Below are positions 31,756-41,189 of a DNA stretch of 64,000 nucleotides, one piece after another; within the stretch, counting starts at the first letter, position 1; every line of letters starts with the position of its first letter. Origin of the DNA: Thermoplasmatota archaeon. GTDB taxonomy: Archaea > Thermoplasmatota > Thermoplasmata > UBA10834. The notes beneath the pieces were generated by a model. It was not told the origin of the DNA, did no database searches, and saw only the letters and a program-made list of their open reading frames with translations. Position numbers and translations under genes: made by a program. The stretch spans positions 96,001 to 160,000 of the forward strand of contig JBFMHR010000004.1 of assembly GCA_040751795.1 (NCBI GenBank), given 5' to 3'.

Positions 31756-32556
31756 ATGAAGACGAAGACTTTGGGCGTCGGAGCGATGGCCCTGGTCCTG
31801 GTGTCGATGGCTCTGCTCTCCGCTCCCGCGGAGGCGAAGTACAACGGCGACAGGCCGGACGTCACAGGGATATATGACTACAACCAGAACATCACGTTCA
31901 GCGAGATCGTGGTGTTGCAGGAGCTGGACATCGGGACCGGCCTGTTTGTCGACGTCGAGTACGGCGTGGACTTCGACGGGACGCTGTTCAGGCTCGGCGA
32001 GTTCGTGAACGAGACCTACGACAAGGTCTGGTACGCGACGAAGGGCCCGGTTGCGACCGTGGCTGACTGGTCCGACGACCTCGTCCTCCACCAGTGGAAG
32101 GCGGGGCAGCAGGTCAGGACCGAGGTCATCCTGAAGGTGCCGGGGATCGAGTCGTCCGTGTACACCATCAGGGCGCACTTCACCATCGAGCACGTGGCCG
32201 ACGCCGCGGGCCTGGTGGTGCTGCACGGGGTGTACGACGGGAACGTCTCCGAGGGCCTGTACGCCGACGGCCCGACCGACGCCTACACGGCTGAGGTCAA
32301 CCAGCTGGGCATGCTCCTGTTCGGGTACAACTGGGACACGAAGCACGTGGACACCGAGAAGGGCTTCTACAAGCTCACCTTCAGCATCGAGACCGACTGC
32401 TGGGTCCCCGCTGCGTTCCCGTACGCCATCGAGGAGTGGTGCGGCCTGACGATCGTCGATGTCGAGGACTACGAGTACGTAGCGGAGGGCGCCGCCTACA
32501 CGACCGCCATGACGCACGACTCGCTGTCGACGTCGATAGTCATCCAGCTGCTCTGA
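31756..32556 (+). CDS. Secreted hypothetical protein, paralog 3 of 3
   Basis: GGGGGAGAC-ATG start, signal peptide (AEA/KY) and the same motifs. Confidence 0.8.
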   Translation: MKTKTLGVGAMALVLVSMALLSAPAEAKYNGDRPDVTGIYDYNQNITFSEIVVLQELDIGTGLFVDVEYGVDFDGTLFRLGEFVNETYDKVWYATKGPVATVADWSDDLVLHQWKAGQQVRTEVILKVPGIESSVYTIRAHFTIEHVADAAGLVVLHGVYDGNVSEGLYADGPTDAYTAEVNQLGMLLFGYNWDTKHVDTEKGFYKLTFSIETDCWVPAAFPYAIEEWCGLTIVDVEDYEYVAEGAAYTTAMTHDSLSTSIVIQLL

Positions 32557-32648
32557 GCCAGACGCCCGCGGAAAGCAGAGAAACATGAAAGGACAGGCGC
32601 CGTCGGGGCGCTGTCCCAAACTCCTTAATTTTCCTCTCTGGGCGCTTC

Positions 32649-33020
32649 TCAGTGCTTCTTGCAGATGTCGCAGCCGCTGAGGTTCGCCGAGATCCTGTGG
32701 AGCCTGCAGAACCGCTCGTCGGCCCTTATCTCGTTGCAGGCCTTGCAGAGGACCCCGTACCACTGGTACTTCGACTCCCCGGCGACGATCCTCTTCGATA
32801 TCTCGTCAGCGTACTTGATGATCTGGGGGAAGTCCTCTAACAACTTCGTGCTCCCCCCCCTCGTCGCGCTCAGATACTGGCTCACGGACGCCTGGGTGAT
32901 GCCGAGTTTCTTGGCGATGTCGGACTGCTTCATCCGGTACCTGCTCGATAGCTCCCTTACCACCGACGCCCGCAGCGTCGGCAATATCTTCCCGACCACT
33001 AGTTCGCATGGTGTCTTCAT
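32649..33020 (-). CDS. Predicted HTH transcriptional regulator (COG2522-like)
   Basis: PCE..V...LP, Q..IA..LGITQASVSQYL..RG and C-terminal Cys cluster. Confidence 0.85.
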   Translation of the reverse strand: MKTPCELVVGKILPTLRASVVRELSSRYRMKQSDIAKKLGITQASVSQYLSATRGGSTKLLEDFPQIIKYADEISKRIVAGESKYQWYGVLCKACNEIRADERFCRLHRISANLSGCDICKKH

Positions 33021-33133
33021 TTAATACACCGCTACAATGTTCGTGCCCTCGTCTATCAGGCCGTTAATTCCCCTATACCGAGCCTGAAAGGGGGAACGCG
33101 ATATAAACCTATCAATCGTCAGTCAGGAGGGCG

Positions 33134-33204
33134 GGCCGGGGAGGAGATTTGAACTCCTGTCTGCGGATCTGCAGTCCGCCACATGGCCGCTCTGTCACCC
33201 CGGC
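33134..33204 (-). tRNA. tRNA-Cys(GCA)
   Basis: Acceptor stem GCCGGGG/CCCCGGC, anticodon arm GCGGA-CTGCAGA-TCCGC, T arm AGGAG-TTCAAAT-CTCCT. Confidence 0.93.
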
Positions 33205-33330
33205 GCAGCCAGCCGATTATGCTCCCCCGCCTCTTTATTGTTTGCCCGAGTTGGGCCGAACGTTGGGCGAATCACCGCTAGCCGCCCCATCCTGGAACAG
33301 ACTAAATAGTCAGCACTTGATTTTGCCGCC

Positions 33331-34536
33331 GTGAGGTTCTCGGCCGTCAGCCCCTACAACGCCGCCTCGAAGGCGCCACTGCCGGAGAGGATACTGGTCT
33401 ACGACAGCACCCTCAGGGACGGGGAGCAGATGCCCGGGGTCCACTTCACCCTGGAGCAGAAGGTGTCCATCGCCAGGAAGCTGGACGAGGTCGGGGTGCA
33501 CCAGATAGAGGCGGGCTTCCCGGCGGTCTCGGAAGCCGAGAAGGACGCTGTCAAGAGGGTCGCGTCCATGGGCCTGGACGCGGACATACTCTGCCTGTCC
33601 CGGGCCCTGGAGCAGGACATCGACGCGGCCATCGACTGCGACGTCGACATGGTCCTCCTCTTCATCGCCACGAGCGACCTCCACCTCAGGTACAAGCTCA
33701 AGATGTCGAGGGAGCAGGTCCTCTATAAGGCCGTCAAGGCGGTCGAGTACGCCCACGCCCACGGGCTGAAGGCCAGCATGAGCTCGGAGGACAGCACCAG
33801 GTCCGACATCCAGGTCATGGCCGAGATGTTCGGGAGGTGCGAGGAGGCCGGCGCGGCCAGGCTGGGGATAACCGACACCCTCGGCTGCGGAGGGCCGGAG
33901 TCCATACGCCACGTCGTCTCGAGGCTGAGGGGGGCGACCAGCCTCCCGTTGTCGGCCCACCTCCACAACGACTTCGGCCTCGCGACGGCCAACTCAATCG
34001 CCGCGCTGGCCGGCGGGGCGGAGGCGATCGCCACCACCGTCGGCGGCATAGGGGAGCGGGCCGGCAACGTCTCCCTCGAGCAGTTCGTCATGGCGCTCAA
34101 ACACCTCTACAAGAGGGACATCGGCGTGAGGACCGAGGGCCTCACGGACCTCACCAGGACAGTGTTCGAGGCGGCGAGGCTCCCGGTCCCGGCCAACCAG
34201 CCATGGGTGGGGCCCAACGCATTCTCCCACGAGTCCGGGATCCACGTGGCGGCCGTGCTGAGCTGCCCCATGACCTACGAGTGCGTCGACCCGGAGGAGG
34301 TCGGGAACAGGAGGAGGCTCGTCCTGGGGAAGCACTCGGGCACCCACATAGTGAAGAGCCGCCTGGACGAGAAGGGCGTCACGGCCACGCAGGAGCAGAT
34401 ATGCGACATGGTCCGCGCCATCAAGCGGGCCGGCGAGGCGCGCGGAAGGGTCTCCGACGACGAGTTCTGGTCCATAGTGAAGGATGTCATGGACAAGGGG
34501 CTGCCCAACCCGGACTGCGTTGAGAAGAAGGGTTGA
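33331..34536 (+). CDS. Homocitrate/isopropylmalate/citramalate synthase family (DRE-TIM), no regulatory domain
   Basis: DSTLRDGEQ, HLHNDFG, GERAGN, HESGIH and LGKHSG motifs. Confidence 0.9.
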   Translation: MRFSAVSPYNAASKAPLPERILVYDSTLRDGEQMPGVHFTLEQKVSIARKLDEVGVHQIEAGFPAVSEAEKDAVKRVASMGLDADILCLSRALEQDIDAAIDCDVDMVLLFIATSDLHLRYKLKMSREQVLYKAVKAVEYAHAHGLKASMSSEDSTRSDIQVMAEMFGRCEEAGAARLGITDTLGCGGPESIRHVVSRLRGATSLPLSAHLHNDFGLATANSIAALAGGAEAIATTVGGIGERAGNVSLEQFVMALKHLYKRDIGVRTEGLTDLTRTVFEAARLPVPANQPWVGPNAFSHESGIHVAAVLSCPMTYECVDPEEVGNRRRLVLGKHSGTHIVKSRLDEKGVTATQEQICDMVRAIKRAGEARGRVSDDEFWSIVKDVMDKGLPNPDCVEKKG

Positions 34537-34596
34537 TCGGGCCCCGGCCGGGCCCGATGGTGTGGTGGGTTTGTAACGGGTTTGCGTACGCGCGAT

Positions 34597-34749
34597 TCAG
34601 ACCTTTCCGAAGGTCTTGGTCAGGTTCTTCTTCAGCCTGACCTGCCTCTGGCAGTTCGGGTATGTGCACGGGTTGCAGTGGTACTTGACCCTGCACGACG
34701 TCTCGATCTGCTCGTACTTCTGGTTCCATTGTGCGACGGTTTCTGGCAG
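34597..34749 (-). CDS. Small 50-aa Cys-rich protein (CTG start)
   Basis: Manual translation (M)PETVAQWNQKYEQIETSCRVKYHCNPCTYPNCQRQVRLKKNLTKTFGKV*; GAAGGGAT upstream; host-like third positions. Confidence 0.6.
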   Translation of the reverse strand: MPETVAQWNQKYEQIETSCRVKYHCNPCTYPNCQRQVRLKKNLTKTFGKV

Positions 34750-34912
34750 TTTATCCCTTCTTGTGGACTGGCTTATCGCCAGGTGTTAAAAAGGGTTTCG
34801 CAGGTGAAACTCCGATGGTTGCCGGCCTTGCCCGGACCATCTGGCATGGCCGTTTTGAGGCCCGCCTAAATTCGAAAACCAGACCGCGCGTACGAAAACG
34901 GCACCGGACGGA

Positions 34913-35695
34913 TCAGATGCCGACCTTCCTGCCGGACCTGTCGAGCTTGGTCCTGCCGAGTTCGCTCAGACGTCCGAGCTCGGCGAGGTCGAAGACCGGC
35001 CCGTCCGTGCAGACGTGCCTCCCGTCGATGGCGCAGGAGTCGCACACCCCGATCCCGCACTTCATGATCCTCTCGACCGAGGCCTGCAGCGGGAGACCCT
35101 TCTCCCTGCACAGCGCCACGACGCCGACCAGCATCCTCTCCGGCCCGCAGGCGTACACCTGGTCGTACCGTCCCTTGGCGACGAGCTCCGCTGCGAGCTC
35201 GGTCGCGAGGCCCCTGCGGCCCCTGCTCCCGTCGTCCGTCGAGACATGGACCGCGGCGCCCGCGTCGGCGCACCTCCTCTCGAAGACCAGCTCCCCCGCC
35301 GAGCGCGCCCCAAGGACCAGGTCCACGGACGCGCCCTTCTCCACGGCGGACTCCACCAGCGGCGCCGTCGGCGCTATCCCGGCCCCTCCGGCCACCACCA
35401 GTATCCTCTGGCCCTTCAGCTCGAAGCCGCGCCCGAAGGGCCCCCTGATGCCGATGAGGCCCCCCTCCGCCACCCTGGAGAGCGCCCTGGTGCCCTCCCC
35501 GACCACCTGGTAGGTGACGCCGAACATCTCACCCATGTACGACAGGGACATCGGGAACTCGTCCACGCCCGGGACCCAGACCATCAGGAACTGCCCGGGC
35601 AGAGCCTCCATGGAGCCTCTGAAGCGCATGGTCTTGGTGGAGGCCGTCTCGGCCCTGTTCTCCGCCACCCTCAGCATCCTAATGCCTGGTGGCAT
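34913..35695 (-). CDS. pyrK: Dihydroorotate dehydrogenase electron transfer subunit
   Basis: RGPFG, GGAGIAP, CGP and MKCGIGVCDSC...CTDGPVF. Confidence 0.93.
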   Translation of the reverse strand: MPPGIRMLRVAENRAETASTKTMRFRGSMEALPGQFLMVWVPGVDEFPMSLSYMGEMFGVTYQVVGEGTRALSRVAEGGLIGIRGPFGRGFELKGQRILVVAGGAGIAPTAPLVESAVEKGASVDLVLGARSAGELVFERRCADAGAAVHVSTDDGSRGRRGLATELAAELVAKGRYDQVYACGPERMLVGVVALCREKGLPLQASVERIMKCGIGVCDSCAIDGRHVCTDGPVFDLAELGRLSELGRTKLDRSGRKVGI

Positions 35696-36596
35696 GAGCC
35701 GCACCCACCATGTCGCCCACCTTGGCGTAACCGTGCTCGTCCATGAACCCGGAGACCTCGTCGCATATCGTCCTGAAGACGCCCGGGCCGCGGGTCCAGA
35801 CGGCGGTGCCGACCTGCACCGCGCTGGCGCCCGCCATTATGTACTCGAGGGCGTCCCTGCCGCAGGAGATGCCCCCCACTCCCACGACAGGTATCTCCAC
35901 CGAGTCGTGTATCTCGTAGACGCACCTGACCCCCACGGGCCTTATCGCCGGGCCGGAGAGCCCGCCGAACCTGTTGGCCAGGATGGGCATCCGCGCCTCG
36001 GGGGATATGGCCATGCCCTTGAGCGTGTTGATCGCAACCACCGCGTCCGCCCCGCCCTCCTCCGCCGCCCTGGCGAGGCCGGCGATCGACGACGTGTTCG
36101 GCGTCAGCTTGGCGAAGAGCGGGACCTTGAGCCGGTCCTTGGCGGCCCCGCACGCGCGCCTCACGTCCTCGGGGGTGGAGCCGAGCTCGGTCCCCAGCCC
36201 CTTCGCGTGGGGGCAGCTCAGGTTCAACTCCACCGCATCGGCCCCCGCGCCCGCCATCAGGGCGGCGACCTCGGCCAGCTCCTCCGGCGTCCCGCCTATG
36301 ACGCTGCCTACGACCGTCGCGCCCTCCCTCTTGACGGCCGCGACCTCGTGCGAGAAGTACTCGATGCCCGGGTTGGGCAGGCCCATCGCGTTGAGGAGCC
36401 CGACGTCCAGCTCGACGACGCACGGGTTGGAGTGCCCCTCCCTGGGAGAAATGCCGACGGACTTGGTGACCACGGCGCCGGCCCCCGCCCGCGCGACCTC
36501 CACCATGGTCCTGGCCGTCTCGTCGAGGACGCCCGAAGCGAGCATTGTGGGGTTCCGAAGCCTGAGACCGCACAGCTCCACGCCTAGTTCCGCCAT
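35679..36596 (-). CDS. pyrD: Dihydroorotate dehydrogenase (class 1B)
   Basis: NAMGLPNPG, ELNLSCPH, KLTPN and GGLSG motifs. Confidence 0.95.
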   Translation of the reverse strand: MAELGVELCGLRLRNPTMLASGVLDETARTMVEVARAGAGAVVTKSVGISPREGHSNPCVVELDVGLLNAMGLPNPGIEYFSHEVAAVKREGATVVGSVIGGTPEELAEVAALMAGAGADAVELNLSCPHAKGLGTELGSTPEDVRRACGAAKDRLKVPLFAKLTPNTSSIAGLARAAEEGGADAVVAINTLKGMAISPEARMPILANRFGGLSGPAIRPVGVRCVYEIHDSVEIPVVGVGGISCGRDALEYIMAGASAVQVGTAVWTRGPGVFRTICDEVSGFMDEHGYAKVGDMVGAAHATRH

Positions 36597-36657
36597 GGGC
36601 GTCGCTTCTGATACCCCGTCGTCATAGAAGTACTTTGCTGGGCCCTGCGGTCGCTCG

Positions 36658-37035
36658 TCAGGCCTTCGCGGCCCTCTTGGCCTCGTAGTCCTTGATGGCC
36701 TCCCTGAGCGCGTCCGCGGCCAGGTTGGAGCAGTGCATCTTCTGCGGGGGCAGGCCGTCCAGGGAGGTCGCCACGTCGGCCCTGGAGATCTTCTTCGCCT
36801 CGTCGAGGGTCTTCCCCTTGGCCATCTCGGTGATCATCGAGCTGGTGGCGATGGCCGCGCCGCACCCGAAGGTCTTGAACTTGATGTCGGTTATGATGCC
36901 GTCCTTGACCTTGATGTACAGCCACATAACGTCCCCGCACTGGGGGTTCCCCACCTTGCCTATCCCGTCGGCGTCCGGTATCTCCCCGACGTTCCTCGGG
37001 TTGGCGAAGTGGTCCATCACCTTCTCACTGTACAC
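36658..37035 (-). CDS. iscU: Fe-S scaffold IscU/NifU
   Basis: DHF.NPRN, CGD, GCG and LPPQKMHCS motifs. Confidence 0.95.
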   Translation of the reverse strand: MYSEKVMDHFANPRNVGEIPDADGIGKVGNPQCGDVMWLYIKVKDGIITDIKFKTFGCGAAIATSSMITEMAKGKTLDEAKKISRADVATSLDGLPPQKMHCSNLAADALREAIKDYEAKRAAKA

Positions 37036-38236
37036 AGCTGCCGCCCTCCCCGCCCGCGCCCCTCGCCTCGTTGAAGGGGGATATCTCCCTCAGCCGCGAG
37101 ACGATGCCGGGCAGTACAGCGAGGAAATGGTCTACGTCCTCATAGGTGTTTTCCCTTCCCAGCGTGAGGCGCAGGTTCCCGTGCGCCTGCTCGTGGCTGA
37201 GCCCGAGGGCCATCAGGACGTGCGAGGGCTCCAGGGAGCCAGTGGAGCAGGCCGAGCCGGTGGACACGGCCACCCCCTTCATATCGAGCTGGAGCATGAG
37301 CGCCTCCCCCTCGATGAAGTCGAACCTGAAGTTGACGTTGTTGACCAGCCTCCGCGCCCTGTGGCCGTTGAGGTAGGCCCTCGGGACCAGTTCGGGGACC
37401 CGCTGGATGATCCTGTCCCTCATGCCGCGCATGGCGGCCGTCGTGGAGTCGAAGTCCCGCCTGGCTATCTCGGCCGCCTTGCCCAGGCCGACTATCCCCG
37501 GGACGTTCTCGGTCGAGGACCTGAGGCCCCGCTCGTGCCCTCCCCCGTGGATCTGAGGGTCGACCTTGGTGCCCTTGCGGACGTAGAGCGCGCCGATGCC
37601 CTTGGGGCCGTGGAACTTGTGCGCCGACAGGGCGAGGAGGTCGATGTTGTCCCTCCTGACATCTATCGCCATCTTCCCTATGGCCTGGACCGCGTCCGTG
37701 TGGAACGGTATCCCCCTGGACTGGGCGATGGCGCCTATCTCCCTGATCGGCTGGACGGTGCCGATCTCGTTGTTCGCGGCCATGACCGACACCAGCACGG
37801 TGTCGTCCCGGATCGCCCTCTCCGCCTCGCCCACGTCCACGATGCCCTCGCCCGACACCGGGAGCACCGTGACCTCGAAGCCCAGCCGCTTCAGGTGCGC
37901 GCAAGACTCGAGGACCGCGTGGTGCTCGATGCATGTGGTGACTATGTGCCCCTTCGACCGCCCCTTGTACGCGGCGACCCCCTTGACGGCGAGGTTGTCC
38001 GCCTCCGTCCCGCCCGAGGTGAAGACGATCTCCCCAGGCTCGGCGTTTATGAGGGCAGCGAGGTGCTTCCTCGCGTGCTCCATGGACGCCCTCGCCTCGC
38101 GCCCGAACGAGTGGAGGCTCGACGCGTTCCCGAACCTCTCGGTGTAGAATGGCGCCATCGCCTCGAAGACCTCGGGGAGGACCCTCGACGTGGCGCTGTG
38201 GTCGAAGTAGACCCGTCTCATGGGACTGGCGGTCAT
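37025..38236 (-). CDS. iscS: Cysteine desulfurase, group I
   Basis: SGGTE, SAHKFHGPKG and STGSACS motifs. Confidence 0.94.
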   Translation of the reverse strand: MTASPMRRVYFDHSATSRVLPEVFEAMAPFYTERFGNASSLHSFGREARASMEHARKHLAALINAEPGEIVFTSGGTEADNLAVKGVAAYKGRSKGHIVTTCIEHHAVLESCAHLKRLGFEVTVLPVSGEGIVDVGEAERAIRDDTVLVSVMAANNEIGTVQPIREIGAIAQSRGIPFHTDAVQAIGKMAIDVRRDNIDLLALSAHKFHGPKGIGALYVRKGTKVDPQIHGGGHERGLRSSTENVPGIVGLGKAAEIARRDFDSTTAAMRGMRDRIIQRVPELVPRAYLNGHRARRLVNNVNFRFDFIEGEALMLQLDMKGVAVSTGSACSTGSLEPSHVLMALGLSHEQAHGNLRLTLGRENTYEDVDHFLAVLPGIVSRLREISPFNEARGAGGEGGSCVQ

Positions 38237-38333
38237 GACAAGCGAGGGTGATGAGGGGCATTACCATTAAACTTGCCGTCGTGATGGGGCCGCCCCGGTG
38301 ATGGAAAGGACTTATACGGCCGATGGGCATGCG

Positions 38334-39572
38334 ATGCCGACCAGCATGGACGTCGAACGGGTGAGGCGGGACTTCCCTGTGCTCTCCAGGGAGGTCGACG
38401 GCAGGCCGATGGTGTACCTCGACAGCGCCTGCCAGACGCTCAGGCCGAGGCAGGTCATGGAGGCGATGTCGGAGTACTACGAGTCCTTCCCCGCATGCGC
38501 CGGCAGGAGCGTCCACAGGCTCGCGACCGAGGTGTCCCTGAGGTGCGACGACGTGAGGGCCAAGGCCGCCGCCTTCCTCGGGGCCGGGGACCCGTCAGAG
38601 GTCGCCTTCGTCAAGAACACGACCGAGGGCCTGAACACGGTGATACTGGGGCTCCCGTGGGCGAGCGGGGACGAGGTCGTCACCACCGACTACGAGCACA
38701 ACTCCGTCCACGTCCCGGTCCTCAGGGCCAGGGAGCTGCACGGCATAAGACACAGGGCCGTCCGGTCGACCGGCGAGCTTACCTTCGACCTGTCCGCCTT
38801 CGAGGAGGCGATGTCGAAGAAGGTGAGGCTGGTCGCGATGTGCCTGACCTCCAACGTCACCGGCCACACCCTCCCCGCGAGGGAGGTCGTGGACATAGCG
38901 CACTCGTACGGGGCGAAGGTCCTGTTCGACGCCGCCCAGGCCGCCCCCAGCATGGCGCTGGACGTCGGCAAGCTGGGCGTGGACTTCATGGCCGCGTCGG
39001 CCCACAAGATGCTGGGCCCGTCGGGCGTGGGCCTGTTCTTCGCCAGATCCGACTCCGTGGGCGACCTCCCCCCGATGATGTTCGGCGGGCACGGGGTGGC
39101 GGACACGACCCAGGCGTCGTTCAGCCTCCTTCCTCCTCCCGAGCGCTTCGAGACGGGCCTCCAGAACTACTCGGGGATAATCGGAACCGGGGCGGCCCTG
39201 GACTACCTCTCCTCGCTGGGCATGGACGAGGTGAGGGCCCACGAGGCCGCGCTCAACTCGCGCATCTCACGCGCGCTCAGGGGGGTGGAGGGCGTCGAGG
39301 TCATCGGACCGCCGGACCCGAACCTGAGGGGAGGGGTCTACAGCTTCAACGTCAGGGGCCTCTCCCCGCACGACGTCGCCATGATCCTCGACAACTCCAG
39401 GGGCATCATGATGCGCTCGGGGATGCACTGCTGCCACCCGCTCTTCCACAAGCTGGGCGTCGATGGGTGCGCGCGCGCGTCGGTGTACATATACAACACC
39501 GCGGCCGAGGCCGACATGTTCTCGGAGTCGGTCAGGGGCCTCGCCGACGGCTTCAAGGGGAGACGGAGCTGA
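38334..39572 (+). CDS. Cysteine desulfurase, group II (SufS/CsdA-like)
   Basis: YLDSA, EHNS, DAAQ, SAHKMLGP and RSGMHC motifs. Confidence 0.9.
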   Translation: MPTSMDVERVRRDFPVLSREVDGRPMVYLDSACQTLRPRQVMEAMSEYYESFPACAGRSVHRLATEVSLRCDDVRAKAAAFLGAGDPSEVAFVKNTTEGLNTVILGLPWASGDEVVTTDYEHNSVHVPVLRARELHGIRHRAVRSTGELTFDLSAFEEAMSKKVRLVAMCLTSNVTGHTLPAREVVDIAHSYGAKVLFDAAQAAPSMALDVGKLGVDFMAASAHKMLGPSGVGLFFARSDSVGDLPPMMFGGHGVADTTQASFSLLPPPERFETGLQNYSGIIGTGAALDYLSSLGMDEVRAHEAALNSRISRALRGVEGVEVIGPPDPNLRGGVYSFNVRGLSPHDVAMILDNSRGIMMRSGMHCCHPLFHKLGVDGCARASVYIYNTAAEADMFSESVRGLADGFKGRRS

Positions 39573-40032
39573 CGGACGCGAAGAGCACGGGCTCCTCCGA
39601 ACCGTCCAAGGTGACCGTCACCATCCTGAGCGATAGCGTGTCCCCGGAACGAGCGGTCAGGACGGGGGAGGCCAGGTCGCGCTCGGCCAATTCCGTCGAG
39701 TTCAGGGGCAGTCCGTCCCACCCCCACGTGTGGGGAGGCGGATGGACCTCCGCGGACCGCGACTCCGTCCCGGACCTCGCGCAGGCGGCCCCGCCCCCCA
39801 CCGACAGCTCCACGGGCCCCCCCGACGGCAGCGACGGCACGGGCCACTCGAGGGAGCATTCGCCCCTCAGCTCGGCCAGGGACGACACGTCCCCCTGGAG
39901 GTCCGCCAGGATGCCGGCGAGGTCGCCGCCCGGGTCGGGCCCCGTTGAAGTGCTCACGATCTCCGAGAGGCACCCCGCGACGAGGAGCGCGCACACGGAC
40001 ATCGCGACCTTGGAGACCACGAAGTCCGTCAC
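39553..40032 (-). CDS. Hypothetical membrane-anchored protein
   Basis: Hydrophobic N-terminus (VSKVAMSVCALLVAG); start overlaps the stop of the upstream gene. Confidence 0.55.
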   Translation of the reverse strand: MTDFVVSKVAMSVCALLVAGCLSEIVSTSTGPDPGGDLAGILADLQGDVSSLAELRGECSLEWPVPSLPSGGPVELSVGGGAACARSGTESRSAEVHPPPHTWGWDGLPLNSTELAERDLASPVLTARSGDTLSLRMVTVTLDGSEEPVLFASVSSVSP

Positions 40033-40502
40033 GCCACCCCCGCCACGACTATGCACCCGTCCCCGGAGGCCTGCGCCTCCAGGCGCAGGGAGAACCTCTC
40101 CGACTCGACGACGAGAGCCTCGAGGGACGCGGAGCACAGGCTCACGGGCGGGTCGCTCGCCAGGCTGATCAGCCTCCCCCCGGACGAGAGCTCCAGCACG
40201 AGGGCGCTCGCATATGCCCCGCTGGGCGCGTCCCCGACGCGCAGCCTGAGCGCCCGGAGGCCCCCCTCGGAGGAGAGGTCGACGTCGACCGTGCGCGCCG
40301 CCCCCGGCCCCTGCATGGAGAGCATCTGGGCGACGTGCACGACCCTGTCCATCGCCAGCCTGGCCCTCGACACGAAGTCCCTGTCCTGGAGCGCCTCCAG
40401 GGCGCTCGCGGCCGGCGCTATGGACATCGCGGCGACGACCGCCACGATCAGAAGCCTCAGGGGGAACGACTCGAGCGCGGCCGCGTCCCTTCTCAGCCTC
40501 AT
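40029..40502 (-). CDS. Pilin-like protein (class III signal peptide)
   Basis: MRLRRDAAA/LESFPLRLLIVAVVAA: basic leader followed by a hydrophobic helix. Confidence 0.55.
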   Translation of the reverse strand: MRLRRDAAALESFPLRLLIVAVVAAMSIAPAASALEALQDRDFVSRARLAMDRVVHVAQMLSMQGPGAARTVDVDLSSEGGLRALRLRVGDAPSGAYASALVLELSSGGRLISLASDPPVSLCSASLEALVVESERFSLRLEAQASGDGCIVVAGVA

Positions 40503-40507
40503 GGGGC

Positions 40508-40999
40508 TCAGTCCGGGACGACCGGGATCTCGTAGCTCGAGTCCACGCCGTAGTCGCCCTTGGCGACCGTGACGGTTATCGTGGAGAGGCCGGAGCCGAA
40601 CTGCTCGACGCACACCTCCTCGAACACGACCTGGCCGTTCTCGTTGGTGACCCCGCGAACGGGGTCCCCGGAGGCGGTCCTCACGTTAGCCCCCTCGAGC
40701 AGGACGGTGGCCCCGGCGAGCCTGTCCCCGTCCTGGTCGGTGACTATGACGCTCAGAGTCAGCCCGTCCCTCGTGTACAGCCCGTCGCCGTCCTCGTCGT
40801 GGACGAGTATCTCCCCCGGGGTCACGAAGACCTCCCCTATGGACTTGGGCGTCGATATCGAGCCCATCCAGCCCATGACTATCGTGAGGCCGAGCCCCGC
40901 GACCACGACCATTATCAGCAGCTGCAGCGGCAGCCCCTCTATCCCTCCGTCCACATCGCACCTGACAGACGCTCTTCCGCCCCTCTTCCTCATGCTCAC
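40508..40999 (-). CDS. Pilin-like protein with Ig/carboxypeptidase-regulatory-like domain
   Basis: Basic leader, G/IEGLPLQLLIMVVVAGL and VTDQDG..LAGATV...TNENG motif. Confidence 0.6.
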   Translation of the reverse strand: MSMRKRGGRASVRCDVDGGIEGLPLQLLIMVVVAGLGLTIVMGWMGSISTPKSIGEVFVTPGEILVHDEDGDGLYTRDGLTLSVIVTDQDGDRLAGATVLLEGANVRTASGDPVRGVTNENGQVVFEEVCVEQFGSGLSTITVTVAKGDYGVDSSYEIPVVPD

Positions 41000-41189
41000 A
41001 CCCGCCTCGGCTCATCGGCGGCCATGTGAGGAAGGGGAGGGGTATTCTCCGATGCGGCTACATGCAGCCTAACTGCGCGCCAGTGGGGCTCGGACGGGCC
41101 CCGCCCGCGTGCGTTATCATGCCTGATATCCACGAAAGCACGTACTTATACGCTCGAGGGCGGTTGTTCCCTCATAAGGAGCTGCGAGG

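Noticed and set aside
12912-41128. CCTGATA/TATCAGG heptamer seen in several intergenic regions (about 12912, 22255, 31603, 33054, 41122)
   Set aside because: Short, with no consistent dyad or spacing. Cannot be distinguished from chance without genome-wide statistics.
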